Shown: positions 28,968 to 39,381 of the stretch, one piece after another
How positions within the stretch are numbered: position 1 is the first letter of the stretch
Layout: every line of letters starts with the position of its first letter
NCBI GenBank assembly: GCA_963718615.1
Contig: OY970368.1
Location: forward strand, 5,664,001 to 5,728,000
Origin: an uncultured cyanobacterium
Lineage (GTDB): Bacteria > Cyanobacteriota > Cyanobacteriia > PCC-9006 > JAAUQQ01
Reading direction: 5' to 3'
DNA length: 64,000 nucleotides
Program-made: the position numbers and the translations under genes
The notes under the pieces: generated by a model
Told to the model about the DNA's origin: nothing
Databases searched by the model: none
The model's input: the letters and a program-made list of their open reading frames with translations, nothing else

Positions 28968-29123
28968 GGTTCTGAGTCGATAGAACGTTTCCGAGACCTA
29001 ACTGGATTATAGGAATCTGACTTTGGGAATGCGGTTCTTTCAGCCCGAAGGGAGTCAATTTTCTTACAATCTTCAAAGTACGTGGTGTTTTGTGCGCTTC
29101 TGTTCAAGTTTTCTCTTGTGAGT

Positions 29124-30197
29124 CTAAATTAGGCGCTTGGCCCAGGCGATCGCTTCTACCATGCTGGTTTCAGCCGCTTTGCCTTGGCCCGCGATATCAA
29201 AGGCGGTGCCATGGTCCGGCGAGGTGCGCAGGAAGGGTAAGCCAATCGTCGTATTGACAGCCCGGTCAAAGGCCATCAACTTCACAGGGATCAGCCCTTG
29301 ATCGTGATAAAGCGCTAAATAGGCATCGTAGGGCTGGCTAAGAACTTTGACGGAATCGCTCGGTAACTTGCCATACCAAGCTTGACCGGGTGCTACCCAG
29401 AGGCTGTCCGGCGGAATGGGGCCATCGATCCAGGCCTGGGGAAACTGCTGGCGAGCTTGCTCTAGCCAAGGAATCAGCCAGTCCTGTTCTTCTGAGCCGA
29501 GCTGTCCCTGTTCGCCACTGTGGGGATTGAGACCGGCGATCGCCACCCGAGGCCGCTCCAACCCACAACGGTCCTGCAAAAACCGCAGGAGAAGGCTAAG
29601 TTTCTGGGTCATCAGCTCCGGCGTCAGGGCTTGGGGCACCTGGCTCAGGGGAATGTGGGTGGTGGCGAGGAGCGTACGCAGGGTCCATTGGGTGTGGGGC
29701 GATCGCCCGAGAAAAATCATGCCGTAGTCCCTAGATCCGGTTCGCTCGGCTAAAAGCTCTGTCTGCCCTGGATAAAGATGACCGGCAGCTTTCCAGGCGG
29801 ATTTAGCGATGGGGGCCGTGACCACGGCATCGGCTTGGTTCCCGAGGGCCAGATCTATCGCGCGATTCAAGGTTGTAAAACTAAGGGCTCCGCTGGTGGC
29901 GGAGGGGTGACCCGGTGTGATGGGGTGGGGAAGCGGGATATCAATGAGCGAAAAAGCGTCCGGTGGGGCAGCGATCTGGCCGAGCTGGGTCAGGGTTTGG
30001 TAGGTCTGTTCCAAAAGAGTCTTGCTGCCGACTAGGGTAATCTCGCAATCCGCCACGACTTTAGGATGGGCCAGGGCTTTGAGGATGACTTCTGGCCCGA
30101 TGCCTGCGGGGTCGCCGAGGGCGATCGCCAATCGGGGTTTTTGAGCGGGGCGAGCGGTTTCAGAGGCACAGGCTGAAACGGAAGGGGTTGATATCAT
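29124..30197 (-). CDS. pdxA: 4-hydroxythreonine-4-phosphate dehydrogenase
   Basis: [48 protein letters not shown]. Confidence 0.96.
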   Translation of the reverse strand: MISTPSVSACASETARPAQKPRLAIALGDPAGIGPEVILKALAHPKVVADCEITLVGSKTLLEQTYQTLTQLGQIAAPPDAFSLIDIPLPHPITPGHPSATSGALSFTTLNRAIDLALGNQADAVVTAPIAKSAWKAAGHLYPGQTELLAERTGSRDYGMIFLGRSPHTQWTLRTLLATTHIPLSQVPQALTPELMTQKLSLLLRFLQDRCGLERPRVAIAGLNPHSGEQGQLGSEEQDWLIPWLEQARQQFPQAWIDGPIPPDSLWVAPGQAWYGKLPSDSVKVLSQPYDAYLALYHDQGLIPVKLMAFDRAVNTTIGLPFLRTSPDHGTAFDIAGQGKAAETSMVEAIAWAKRLI

Positions 30198-30261
30198 GGG
30201 TCAATGGGAAGAAATGAGACCTGACGCATGGGTCCAATAAAGGTGCAGAGGTCATGATTGT

Positions 30262-31044
30262 ATGGGGCGTTATTTCAAGGTCCTCTATCGGTTTTGGACA
30301 GCGGCGATCGCTGCCGAGATGGAGTATCGCATCAATTTTTTGTTGGCGACGGTAGGCAGCATCGGCAATTTTGTCGGCAGTTTATTCAGCCTGTTTCTGT
30401 TCTATCGCACGGGCTACGAATTTCCCGGCTGGAGTTGGAATGAAGCCCTGATCGTTTTGGGCTTATTTACATTGCTCCAGGGCTTTTCCGCGACGTTCTT
30501 GGCTCCCAACCTCAATCGCATCGTCAAGCATGTGGAGCAGGGCACCCTCGATTTTGTCTTGCTCAAGCCCATTAGCTCGCAGTTTTGGCTTTCGACCCGG
30601 ACACTGTCCTTGTGGGGGCTCCCGGATTTGCTCTTTGGCGTGGTTCTGATTGGCTACGCGGGCCAAAAAATTGCCCTGGCCCCTGGGGCCTATGGCTCGG
30701 GCCTACTGCCGCTGGTGCTGAGTTTTGTGATTCTCTATAGTCTCTGGTTTATGTTGGGCGCGACCAGCATTTGGTTCGTCAAGGTCTACAACGTCACGGA
30801 GGTGCTGCGCGGTCTGGTCGAAGCGGGCCGATTTCCCATCGTGGCCTATCCAGCGGCCTATCGATTTTTCTTTACGTTTGTGGTGCCGATCGCCTTTCTG
30901 ACGACGGTTCCGGCTGAAACGATGCTGGGTCAAGTGACAACGGGATGGCTGGTGGCTTCGGTGGGGCTGGCAGTGGGGCTATTGATTGCGGCTAACGGGT
31001 TTTGGCGATTTGCCCTGCGGTTTTATACCAGCGCTTCTAGTTAG
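30262..31044 (+). CDS. ABC-2 type permease (DUF990/ABC2_membrane_6-like)
   Basis: EMEYRINF, GTLDFVLLKP, FTFVVPIAFLTTVPA, ALRFYTSASS. Confidence 0.85.
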   Translation: MGRYFKVLYRFWTAAIAAEMEYRINFLLATVGSIGNFVGSLFSLFLFYRTGYEFPGWSWNEALIVLGLFTLLQGFSATFLAPNLNRIVKHVEQGTLDFVLLKPISSQFWLSTRTLSLWGLPDLLFGVVLIGYAGQKIALAPGAYGSGLLPLVLSFVILYSLWFMLGATSIWFVKVYNVTEVLRGLVEAGRFPIVAYPAAYRFFFTFVVPIAFLTTVPAETMLGQVTTGWLVASVGLAVGLLIAANGFWRFALRFYTSASS

Positions 31045-31054
31045 GCTTGAGTTT

Positions 31055-31942
31055 TTAGGTTTTCGTGGAGCCAGATTCCTGTCGCAGATTTTGCACCTCG
31101 GCCAGGGTTAGTCCTGTGGTTTGGCTGATCGCTTCATCTCCCAGTAATTGCAGGAGTTCCCGTGCGATGCGGAGTTTGGCGTTGCGATCGCCCTGTTCAA
31201 GCCCCTGCTCAAGCCCCTCCTGTAGGCCCTGTCGTAAAGCCAAGCGAATGGCATTGCGTTGGTCGTGGATAAAGATTTCCTGATGTTCTAAGTCTTCTAA
31301 TTCGTCGGGTTCTAGATTGGCGATGTTGGCGATTTCAAAGGCTTGGCGGATGGCTGGGATTTGGGCGATCGCCCCCGGAACCTCTTGGAGCTGTTTGGCG
31401 TTTTTCAAAAAGAATAGCCATTGCTCCATCAAGGTCGAGCGTGCATCTAAGGATTGGTTAAATTTGGGTAATTCGATAAAGACCAATTCCAAATCGTAGG
31501 TGGGATAGTCGATGAGAAACTCTTTTTCTTTGAGCACAAAGCAAGAGCGATAGTCCTCCAGTGCTTCAAACATCACAAAGTCTGTGATCGTGAGGGCGAT
31601 GACTGGATTGAGCAGCGTATAGTCGTTACCTACAGAAAGCTGGGTTGAATAGGCTTTGGCAGCGTTGTAGAGAATTCGTTTTTCAAAACCTTCGATGTTG
31701 AGCACTTGCATTTCGATGATGACGCTGGTGCCATCGGCGAGTTTGGCTTTGACATCGAGATAGGTGTCTTTCATACCCCGAATGCGGGGGGCTTGGTAGG
31801 GGTTAAGGATGTCAAGAGATTGGATGGTGGGCTGGCCGTCGTAGAGGAGGCCGTTGAGAAAGCTGATGAGGATTTCGTGGCTTTGGTCGGAGCCAAAGAT
31901 TTTTTTGAAGGCGAAGTCGGTTTTGGGGTTGATGAAGCGCAT
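31055..31942 (-). CDS. Rpn family recombination-promoting nuclease (PD-(D/E)XK)
   Basis: INPKTDFAFKKIFG, DVKAKL..IEMQV, ELVFIELPKF, GLEQGLEQG repeat, SQTTGL. Confidence 0.93.
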   Translation of the reverse strand: MRFINPKTDFAFKKIFGSDQSHEILISFLNGLLYDGQPTIQSLDILNPYQAPRIRGMKDTYLDVKAKLADGTSVIIEMQVLNIEGFEKRILYNAAKAYSTQLSVGNDYTLLNPVIALTITDFVMFEALEDYRSCFVLKEKEFLIDYPTYDLELVFIELPKFNQSLDARSTLMEQWLFFLKNAKQLQEVPGAIAQIPAIRQAFEIANIANLEPDELEDLEHQEIFIHDQRNAIRLALRQGLQEGLEQGLEQGDRNAKLRIARELLQLLGDEAISQTTGLTLAEVQNLRQESGSTKT

Positions 31943-32051
31943 GGGACTTCTGGAGCCAGGGGATGAGGTTCATGGCTCTAGGGTTATTTTAACGTGGGGC
32001 TGGGCACTCAGCCAAACCCCTAGTGTTTTGACACTACTGAAAGTCTAGGCC

Positions 32052-33914
32052 CTAAAACGGCGTGTAATCCACCGAGAAATAAATCCCGTTTTCCTGCCAA
32101 TTGTCCTTGTCCGTATTCAAATCATTCAGCGGAAAACCCCAGTCCACCCGCGCGGTGAAATTATTCCCTTGCCGCCACAGTAAACCCAACCCCGTACCAA
32201 TCAGCGTATTCTTTTCCGGCTGAGGGTTTTCGTTATTCCAGCCTCGGCCCATGTCAATAAACGGCGTCACCTGGAGCACACCATTGATGCTGGGAATCCG
32301 GGCGATCGGCAATCGCACCTCTGTCGAGAACGTAAATCCATTGTCCGTCAGTAAAGCATCCTGGCGATAGCCGCGCACCGTTGCCTGACCCCCAAAGCCA
32401 AATTGTTCCAGCGGCAACAACACCCGATCGGCTAACTGAATATCCCCCCGCACCAAGAGGATTTGATCCGGTCCAAGCAGCCGCAGCCATTGCCCCTGTC
32501 CCCGCCAGGAAAAATATTCGCTATCGGGTCCCGTTTCATTCTTTGTTGCTTCAAACCAGTGGGTGCCGAGATTGAACTGGGAGCGGGCCGCGAGGACCTG
32601 TTGACTGGAGCGATCGCTCCATTCCTGGAAAAACCGCAGCGAAGACACCTTCGTTTCCCCTTGGTCACTGGCTCCCGGTGACAGCGGGAATGGGCCAATA
32701 TTTTGAAACCCCAGTTCCGTCTGGCTTTCCTGGCGAGAAAAGGTTAGACCCAGGGCAATATCCCGGCTGGCCGTCTGCTCCACCGGTTGCCGAAACGTCA
32801 GTTCGTAATATTTAGAGTTGGCCCGAATATCCAGCACCGAGAAGGGGTCTTCGATGACATTGCTACGGGTTCGGCCATAGGCAAACCGCACCGTGCCGTT
32901 GTAGGGATTGACTGGAACCGTATAGTTTACATCCAAACTATTACTGCCATCGGTGTTGCTATAGGCCAGGGAAAGACCATCGCCGATGCCAATGACGTTG
33001 GCGTGATCGAGCTGGATTTTGCGACGGAAGGTGCCGACACTGGGCGATCGCCCATTATCCAAAGACAGCGTCGTCTTAAAGGGATCGGCCTCCGTAATCG
33101 TCACCTCCAACAAACTGCTACCGGGCTTAATCCCCGCCTGGAGATCCGCTGAAATCGAACCAATCAGGGGATCCAATTGCAAAAGCTTTAGCCCTTCAAG
33201 CAATTGCTCCACATTCAGTGGCTTTGACCCGGCCACCGCCAGCCGACTGCTGACATAGCTCCGCTTGAGATGATTCGCCCCGTTAACATTGATACCCTCT
33301 AGTTGCCCTTCCAGCACCTGAATCGTGACAATGCCTTCCGTCAACGTTTGCGGTGGAATAAACGCCCCTGACGTCACGTAACCTTGGTCTACATAAAATT
33401 TCGTCACCGCCGACCGAGCCTGGAGCAACTGGCTAAAGGTGACCTCACCGATGTAGGGCGCTGTGACCGCAGCCAATTCTTCCGGGCTAAAAACTGTACT
33501 ACCTTTAACTTGATAACTTGTGACTTGAATTTTTGCTTCCGTGCTGCCTGTATCGTCGTTAGGCAGATTGGGTGAGCCGGTCGAGGGGAGTAAATCTTCC
33601 GCAGGGGGCAATTCTGGCAGCGGTTCTTCCGGCAGCGGCTCTTCCGGAATTGAATCGCGGGGTGTACTGGGCGCGAAGCTGGGTTGTTTTTGGTTTTCTG
33701 GCAATGTACCTGGAGGCTGTACTCCGGGTGACCCTTGAGCCACGATCAGAGACCCTAGCCAATTGCCTGAAAGCCGTGATGAGGCCTCTTCAATTCCCAA
33801 ATCACTTTCTAGAGGGGGGAGGAACTCATCGCCTTGGGATCGAGCGGGTGTGGCAACCGTGCTCAACAGCGCCAGGGCAATAAAGGATTGAGCCGCAATC
33901 GGGAAGTAACGCAT
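32052..33914 (-). CDS. ShlB/FhaC/HecB (TpsB) two-partner secretion outer-membrane protein
   Basis: Signal peptide; POTRA YVDQGYVTSGA; GGQATVRGYRQD; C-terminal Phe. Confidence 0.92.
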   Translation of the reverse strand: MRYFPIAAQSFIALALLSTVATPARSQGDEFLPPLESDLGIEEASSRLSGNWLGSLIVAQGSPGVQPPGTLPENQKQPSFAPSTPRDSIPEEPLPEEPLPELPPAEDLLPSTGSPNLPNDDTGSTEAKIQVTSYQVKGSTVFSPEELAAVTAPYIGEVTFSQLLQARSAVTKFYVDQGYVTSGAFIPPQTLTEGIVTIQVLEGQLEGINVNGANHLKRSYVSSRLAVAGSKPLNVEQLLEGLKLLQLDPLIGSISADLQAGIKPGSSLLEVTITEADPFKTTLSLDNGRSPSVGTFRRKIQLDHANVIGIGDGLSLAYSNTDGSNSLDVNYTVPVNPYNGTVRFAYGRTRSNVIEDPFSVLDIRANSKYYELTFRQPVEQTASRDIALGLTFSRQESQTELGFQNIGPFPLSPGASDQGETKVSSLRFFQEWSDRSSQQVLAARSQFNLGTHWFEATKNETGPDSEYFSWRGQGQWLRLLGPDQILLVRGDIQLADRVLLPLEQFGFGGQATVRGYRQDALLTDNGFTFSTEVRLPIARIPSINGVLQVTPFIDMGRGWNNENPQPEKNTLIGTGLGLLWRQGNNFTARVDWGFPLNDLNTDKDNWQENGIYFSVDYTPF

Positions 33915-34125
33915 CGCAGATGGTCAGGGGCTAAGGGTTAGATTGTGATTCTAGGCCCAAGAAACGAGCCTTCCGTATTCTCTGTGTCGATAGACGTATC
34001 GATAGGCACTCATCATAGAATACCCATCTTGCAAAGAATAATGGTAAGGCTGGGCGATCGCAATCAAGCTCCCGCCATTATTTGACCGACTGTCAATTGA
34101 CCCAAGGGATGATCCTGGGCAACCC

Positions 34126-35196
34126 CTAGGGAAAAAAGCGGTTCATGGCGTTCTGGATCCGCTCAAATTTGAGGATGGGAGCGAATCGCTGCGGTGCAAT
34201 GGCATACAGGGGGCTCAGGGCATGGCCCAAAAACAAAAAAGTCTGAAACCTCGCGATGGGGGCTAGCGATTCCGCTCCTTGATGCTGTTGCTGTTTTAGA
34301 GCCTGAACCAAGCGGCGCAGGCCACCCCCAAATGTTTTTAGCCCAATCCAGGGTTTGTGGATAGATTTGGCTTGGATCCAGCGCATTTTGCAAGTGGAGA
34401 GACCAATACCGTAGGCCAGTTTGAGCAAATATTCCAGTTCTAAGCGCTGGCGAGGGATCCAATGCCGTAAACGCATGGCGGGGTTATAGCCGATGGCCCA
34501 GCCCCGCTGATCCAAATACAGCAAAGCCGCATAGTCCTCGCCACAGGTCATCAGGCCATCAACCCGTCCGACCAATCCTAAATCCTCGGGCACACAGTCG
34601 AGCCAGCGCTGGCGATGAACCACTAAACCGGCCCCAGGGGGTAACCGCAATTGTGCTGGAACAAAGGGGCGAAGATTGTCTCCGTGGTCGCGAATGGCCA
34701 GAAAGGGTTCGATCGCCCGAAATTCCTTCGGAGGGGAAATTTCATAGGCTGCCTCAATACACCCACTAAATGCGCCCCAGTCGGGATGGGCTTGGGCAAA
34801 GTCATGGGCCATGGCTACCCAGTTGGGCTCTAGCCAGTTGTCATCATCCACGAAGGCCACCCATTCCCCTTGGGCTTGGGCGATCGCCTGCTGTCGGGCA
34901 AACGCCAATCCCTGGCGAGGCTCAAAACAATAGCGCAGCGACACCTGGGATAAGCATCCCGTCGACGGCCAATCCTGCTGCCACTGTTCCACCATTGCGC
35001 GGGTCTGGTCTTGGCTATTATTATCAACCACCAAAATTTCCCAACGAATCTCCTGGATGTCGTCCTGGGCTTGCAAATGGGCGAGGACTTGAGGGAGGCG
35101 ATCGCCCCCATTAAACGTGGGAATGGCCAAGGTCAAATGCAGCGGAGCCGAGTCCACGGCTTGAGGCATAGACTCGACGGGCAAGGTAAGGGTCAT
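34126..35196 (-). CDS. GT2 glycosyltransferase, HpsE-like
   Basis: AIPTFNG, WEILVVDNNSQD, FVDDDN, PPGAGL, GED. Confidence 0.85.
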   Translation of the reverse strand: MTLTLPVESMPQAVDSAPLHLTLAIPTFNGGDRLPQVLAHLQAQDDIQEIRWEILVVDNNSQDQTRAMVEQWQQDWPSTGCLSQVSLRYCFEPRQGLAFARQQAIAQAQGEWVAFVDDDNWLEPNWVAMAHDFAQAHPDWGAFSGCIEAAYEISPPKEFRAIEPFLAIRDHGDNLRPFVPAQLRLPPGAGLVVHRQRWLDCVPEDLGLVGRVDGLMTCGEDYAALLYLDQRGWAIGYNPAMRLRHWIPRQRLELEYLLKLAYGIGLSTCKMRWIQAKSIHKPWIGLKTFGGGLRRLVQALKQQQHQGAESLAPIARFQTFLFLGHALSPLYAIAPQRFAPILKFERIQNAMNRFFP

Positions 35197-35214
35197 GGTC
35201 CAAACGGGAGACGA

Positions 35215-36333
35215 TTAGAGGATAAACGCGGATTCGGAGACGGAAAGGGATTCAGTGCCCTCGGCAGATGCTTCGCTCAATGGATGGGTCGCTGAACGAG
35301 TAGCTGAATTGGCAGATGGATTGGCAGATGATTGGGGAGCCCGCACCGGTTTCACCCAGCTTTGTTTGAACACATAGAAAGGACTACGCAAGGAAGCCAA
35401 ACCCAGGGTCAATTGGCAACGGGCCACCAGATTCTGCCGTAACTGAAAGCCATGGGTCAGCCCCAAAACGCAGACCTTGCGCAGATCATTGAGGAGATAC
35501 AGCCAAAAAGCCAGGGGACGCAGCCAGACCGGCAAACTCTGCATGCGGGTGACATGACGGCTCAAGCCAATGCCGCGAAAAAAGGGAATTAAATACTCAG
35601 GCTCAAGACGCCATCGGGGAATTTTGTGCCATACCCGCATTTGGGGGTTGTACCAAATCTCCCAGCCCGCCCGCTGGATATAGGTCAGTGCCTCTGTGTC
35701 TTCGCCTGTGACCATGCTTTGAATGGTTCGTCCGCCAAGCAAGCAGTCCTGGGGAATGTAAAACTCCCAAGCGGTGCGCCTCACCACCAAACCTGCGGAG
35801 GGAGGTAAGACTTTTTTCAAGGATTGATATTGCAAGGGCTGATCGCCCCGCTGGACGATCGCCAAAAACGGCAAGATCGGTGCTAACTCGGGCGCAGGTT
35901 CTACTTCAAACTCGCCCTGAATACAGCTACCAAAGGCACCCGCCCGAGGATGGGCTTGAGCAAAGGCATGGGCTGCGATAACCCAGTCCTGGGCGGGCAA
36001 GTTATCGTCATCTAAAAAACCAATCAAATCGGACTGGGCGTTTGCGACCCCGGTCTTCCGGGCATAGGCCGCGCCCTGACGACGATCAAACAGATATCGC
36101 AAGGGCAATCCGTTGGACCACGCTGCCTGATAGGACTTCACAACATCCACCGTATGGTCGGTACTGTTGTTATCCACCACAAGAACCTCCCAGCGCAGGA
36201 GCGGTTGACCTTGGCTCTCGGCTTGTTGCTGACCATAGTGCCAGCAGTCATCTAGGCGATCGAGTACCTCTGGCAAACGCGCTGCACCATTGTAGGTACA
36301 TATCACAATCGACAGGTCAAAAGGCTGGGCCAT
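35215..36333 (-). CDS. GT2 glycosyltransferase, HpsE-like (tandem paralogue)
   Basis: VICTYNG, WEVLVVDNNSTD, FLDDDNLP, PPSAGL, GEDTE. Confidence 0.87.
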   Translation of the reverse strand: MAQPFDLSIVICTYNGAARLPEVLDRLDDCWHYGQQQAESQGQPLLRWEVLVVDNNSTDHTVDVVKSYQAAWSNGLPLRYLFDRRQGAAYARKTGVANAQSDLIGFLDDDNLPAQDWVIAAHAFAQAHPRAGAFGSCIQGEFEVEPAPELAPILPFLAIVQRGDQPLQYQSLKKVLPPSAGLVVRRTAWEFYIPQDCLLGGRTIQSMVTGEDTEALTYIQRAGWEIWYNPQMRVWHKIPRWRLEPEYLIPFFRGIGLSRHVTRMQSLPVWLRPLAFWLYLLNDLRKVCVLGLTHGFQLRQNLVARCQLTLGLASLRSPFYVFKQSWVKPVRAPQSSANPSANSATRSATHPLSEASAEGTESLSVSESAFIL

Positions 36334-36462
36334 GGCAATACGTGAAACGCGGCAGGGACTCAGACCATTGAGTCTTAATATCTATGATGGCCGAGTTATG
36401 GGCGATCGCCGCCGGTAAATGTCGCCATTTTTAGCCTTTTGCTCCCGCTGAGTTGGTTACTT

Positions 36463-36687
36463 TTACGGCGTTTGTTGAAGATCCGGTTTTTCTTCAGGCA
36501 AGATTGCTCCTGCCACCGGGCAAACCTGCAAACAAATTCCGCAATCGATACAAGTCGAAAAATCGATCCAGTACCAATCTGTCCCTTTACTATTTTTTCC
36601 AGGACCTTCGTGAATACAAGCCACGGGACAAGCGTCCACGCAGTCCGCGACGCCTTCACAAACGTTCGTCACAATCGTATGGGCCAC
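36463..36687 (-). CDS. Bacterial-type ferredoxin ([3Fe-4S]/[4Fe-4S])
   Basis: CEGVADCVDACPVAC and CIDCGICLQVCP. Confidence 0.93.
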   Translation of the reverse strand: MAHTIVTNVCEGVADCVDACPVACIHEGPGKNSKGTDWYWIDFSTCIDCGICLQVCPVAGAILPEEKPDLQQTP

Positions 36688-36699
36688 AACAATTCTCTC

Positions 36700-37962
36700 C
36701 TAATCTGCAAAGGTTTCTAAATCGGGCAATTGGCCGGCCCGGATCCAGGCGATGTGATGAATGTGGCGAGACTGGGCATAGCGACGCACGCCCTCAGAAT
36801 CCACTGAGTCTTCCAAATACAGCTCCACCCGAACCAGTTCCGGCGCAGTTTTCAGCGTATTGGCATACTGGATTGCCGCACCATAGGCCGCTGGTTCTAG
36901 GGGGACCACAAGCCAGTCAGGGGTCGCCGCTGCATTGGGCAACAAACCTGAGGCTTGTAGTGCCTGCTGTAAGTTTTCGATTTCTAAACAAAAGCCAATC
37001 CCTGGCGCGTTCAAACCCCGAGGGTCATACAGACTCAGCAACTGATCGTACCGCCCCCCTTGGCCGACTCGCCAAGTCCCAGAAGGGGTCCGGCAAACGG
37101 CTTCAAAGACAATCCCGGTGTAGTAATCAAAGGTTTGAATCAGGCTCAGATCTAAGATCAGCTCCGGGGACTGAGGTGGAGGGGACACTCCCTTAGGGGA
37201 TGGGCTCGCAAAGCTATCCTGAAGCAACTGAGTGAGGGTCGAGAGCCGCTCCACAATATTCTTTTGGGCAGAGGTCAAGGGCAACTGCCCCAGGCGCTGA
37301 AGGACGGTTTTAGGCTCTCCTCGCAAATCGAGTAGGGTTAGGGCGATCGCCCGCAATTCTGGGGAAAGGTCGAGGGATTCTAGGGTGATGCGATCGAGAT
37401 GGGCGATCGCCCGCAAAACCTGGGGCCGCAGTTTCTCTGGAAAAGGCTCCAGCAAAGAACGGGTTAACCCTGCCTCACCCAACAAGATTGAGCAAATTGA
37501 ACCGCTCCCTCCTACCGTAGGCTGAGATAACCCCAGCCGTTCCAAACAATCCCGTAACAGCAAAATCGCCTCGGCATCGGCCAGCATTGTCCCAGCCCCG
37601 AGCAGTTCAACCCCAGCCTGATAAATTTCCTGTTGATGCGCCTTGCGAAAAACATTCGCCAGATAAAACAGTCGCAACGGCCTGGGGGCCAAGGCCAATC
37701 GGGTGACCGCAGCCCGAGCAATGGACGCCGTCAGCTCCGGTCGCAGGCCGAGTTCACCATTCTCCGCTTGAACCTGTAAAACTGTAGAGCGATCGATCGC
37801 GCCGCCCGCCATCAGGGTATCCAAGCGCTCTAGGGTTGAGGTAATCAGTTGATGATAGCCCCAACGCTGGAACACCTCCTGTAGACAAGTTTCGAGCCAA
37901 CGTTGCTGAGTAACTTCTAAAGGTAATAAATCACGCGCCCCTGGGGGTGGCTGATAAACCAT
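36700..37962 (-). CDS. hisZ: ATP phosphoribosyltransferase regulatory subunit
   Basis: PPGARDLLP, LRPELTASIAR, YQAGVELLG, YYTGIVFE, GGRYDQLL. Confidence 0.92.
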   Translation of the reverse strand: MVYQPPPGARDLLPLEVTQQRWLETCLQEVFQRWGYHQLITSTLERLDTLMAGGAIDRSTVLQVQAENGELGLRPELTASIARAAVTRLALAPRPLRLFYLANVFRKAHQQEIYQAGVELLGAGTMLADAEAILLLRDCLERLGLSQPTVGGSGSICSILLGEAGLTRSLLEPFPEKLRPQVLRAIAHLDRITLESLDLSPELRAIALTLLDLRGEPKTVLQRLGQLPLTSAQKNIVERLSTLTQLLQDSFASPSPKGVSPPPQSPELILDLSLIQTFDYYTGIVFEAVCRTPSGTWRVGQGGRYDQLLSLYDPRGLNAPGIGFCLEIENLQQALQASGLLPNAAATPDWLVVPLEPAAYGAAIQYANTLKTAPELVRVELYLEDSVDSEGVRRYAQSRHIHHIAWIRAGQLPDLETFAD

Positions 37963-37964
37963 GA

Positions 37965-38996
37965 CTACTTTTTCTTACCGCCAAATAAACCACCAAACAG
38001 GCCTCCTTTCTTCGCTGTGTTCTCCTTCTGGCCTGCCGCGTTAGCATTGGCGGACGATGGGGGTTGGGAAGTCGAGGCACTGGAACCGGAAGAACCTCCA
38101 TCAATTTTATGCCCCAGCTTCTCCAAGTGACGCTTTGCTTCTAAGCCTCGGGGATCTTCAGGATTCAGCTCAAGGGCGCGCTTAATGGAAACCTTCGCCA
38201 TGGTGGCTTGTTTTTGGTGAAGATAGACAATGCCCATGAGGCTATGGCACCGGCTATCCTTCGGATCGGCCCGTAAGCCATCGCGTAACTCCAGGATCGC
38301 CTGGGAATAGGCCCGCTTACGCACATATTCTTCCGCACGACGCAAATAGCCATCGGCCAAGGAAATCCGCTGGGCCTGGGTTTGGAGAACCGTTACAGGA
38401 CTTGCCCCAGTGGGTTCCGTCATGGGCCTGCCAGCGGTAGGGGTAGGCCGAGCCCCCCCCATAGGGTTCGCTGGAGTAGATGGAGCCGTCGTCGGCTTGG
38501 CAGCAGGCATGGGATTGCCCCCTTTCCGCATCATATAGACCAAATTGAGCTCGCTCAGCTTACCGATAACCGCTCCGAGGGTATCTAGGTTGTCATACTG
38601 GCTTGCACCCAGTGCATTGACGAGCTGCTGATATTCGTGGTCAATATTACTGGTCTTGGCTAGTTTCTGGGCTTCTTCCGAAAACTGACTGATACCAACC
38701 TTTTGCTGAACCGCCTGTTGTCCTTTTAGGCGCACTAAGACCTGATATTCCTTGCGATTTTTCTCCTGAAATATCATTTCGTAAGCTGGATTCACCCATT
38801 TAGAGAGGATCTGCGTCGCTAGCTGCTTGTGGGAATCGCTTTGATTTGCCAAACTGTCGGGGTGCAGTTTTCGAGCAATTTTGAGATAGCGCTTGCGAAC
38901 CGCCTGTGCCTCAGCATTCACTGGAACCCCCAGCACAGCATGGTGGTCAATGAAGTTATCGAGGGTGAATAGACCCGTTGTAATCTCGAAAGACAT
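37965..38996 (-). CDS. J-domain protein with C-terminal TPR
   Basis: Canonical KLHPD; TPR near C-terminus; GGLFGGLFGGKKK tail. Confidence 0.88.
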   Translation of the reverse strand: MSFEITTGLFTLDNFIDHHAVLGVPVNAEAQAVRKRYLKIARKLHPDSLANQSDSHKQLATQILSKWVNPAYEMIFQEKNRKEYQVLVRLKGQQAVQQKVGISQFSEEAQKLAKTSNIDHEYQQLVNALGASQYDNLDTLGAVIGKLSELNLVYMMRKGGNPMPAAKPTTAPSTPANPMGGARPTPTAGRPMTEPTGASPVTVLQTQAQRISLADGYLRRAEEYVRKRAYSQAILELRDGLRADPKDSRCHSLMGIVYLHQKQATMAKVSIKRALELNPEDPRGLEAKRHLEKLGHKIDGGSSGSSASTSQPPSSANANAAGQKENTAKKGGLFGGLFGGKKK

Positions 38997-39210
38997 TGCT
39001 TGCCCTTGCTAAGTCTGGGATGAATCGGATTAGCCCTAAGATTGAAACCCTGATGGCTCAGTACAGTCAGTACAGATCAATAACAAATCAGTAAAGGTGA
39101 GAGAACTTCGGCAAGAGAGACCGGTCGCTTAGCTGTGTCTAATGGCTGGCGCAAACGCTCTGAGTTGCCCTAAAACCTCAAAGGAGGATTCAAAGTCCTT
39201 GGTTGTAGGC

Positions 39211-39257
39211 CCCTAGTCTTAGAAACCTAGTTTTAGATACCTAGTCTTAGATACCTA
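39211..39257. repeat. 14-bp tandem repeat, about 3 copies (CCTAGTYTTAGAWA)
   Basis: cctagtcttagaaa cctagttttagata cctagtcttagata in intergenic DNA. Confidence 0.8.
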
Positions 39258-39381
39258 AGAGCTTAACGCTTAATATTTTGTCACTTCAATAGGGCTGTCA
39301 TGAATGTATGTGATGAATTGTAGAAGATGATCTGCCTCGATGGAGGTGTCAAAGCCCTCACCCCCCTTGCTATAAGGATCT

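Noticed and set aside
36453-37196. 247-aa plus-strand ORF
   Set aside because: Antisense to ferredoxin and hisZ; composition not protein-like
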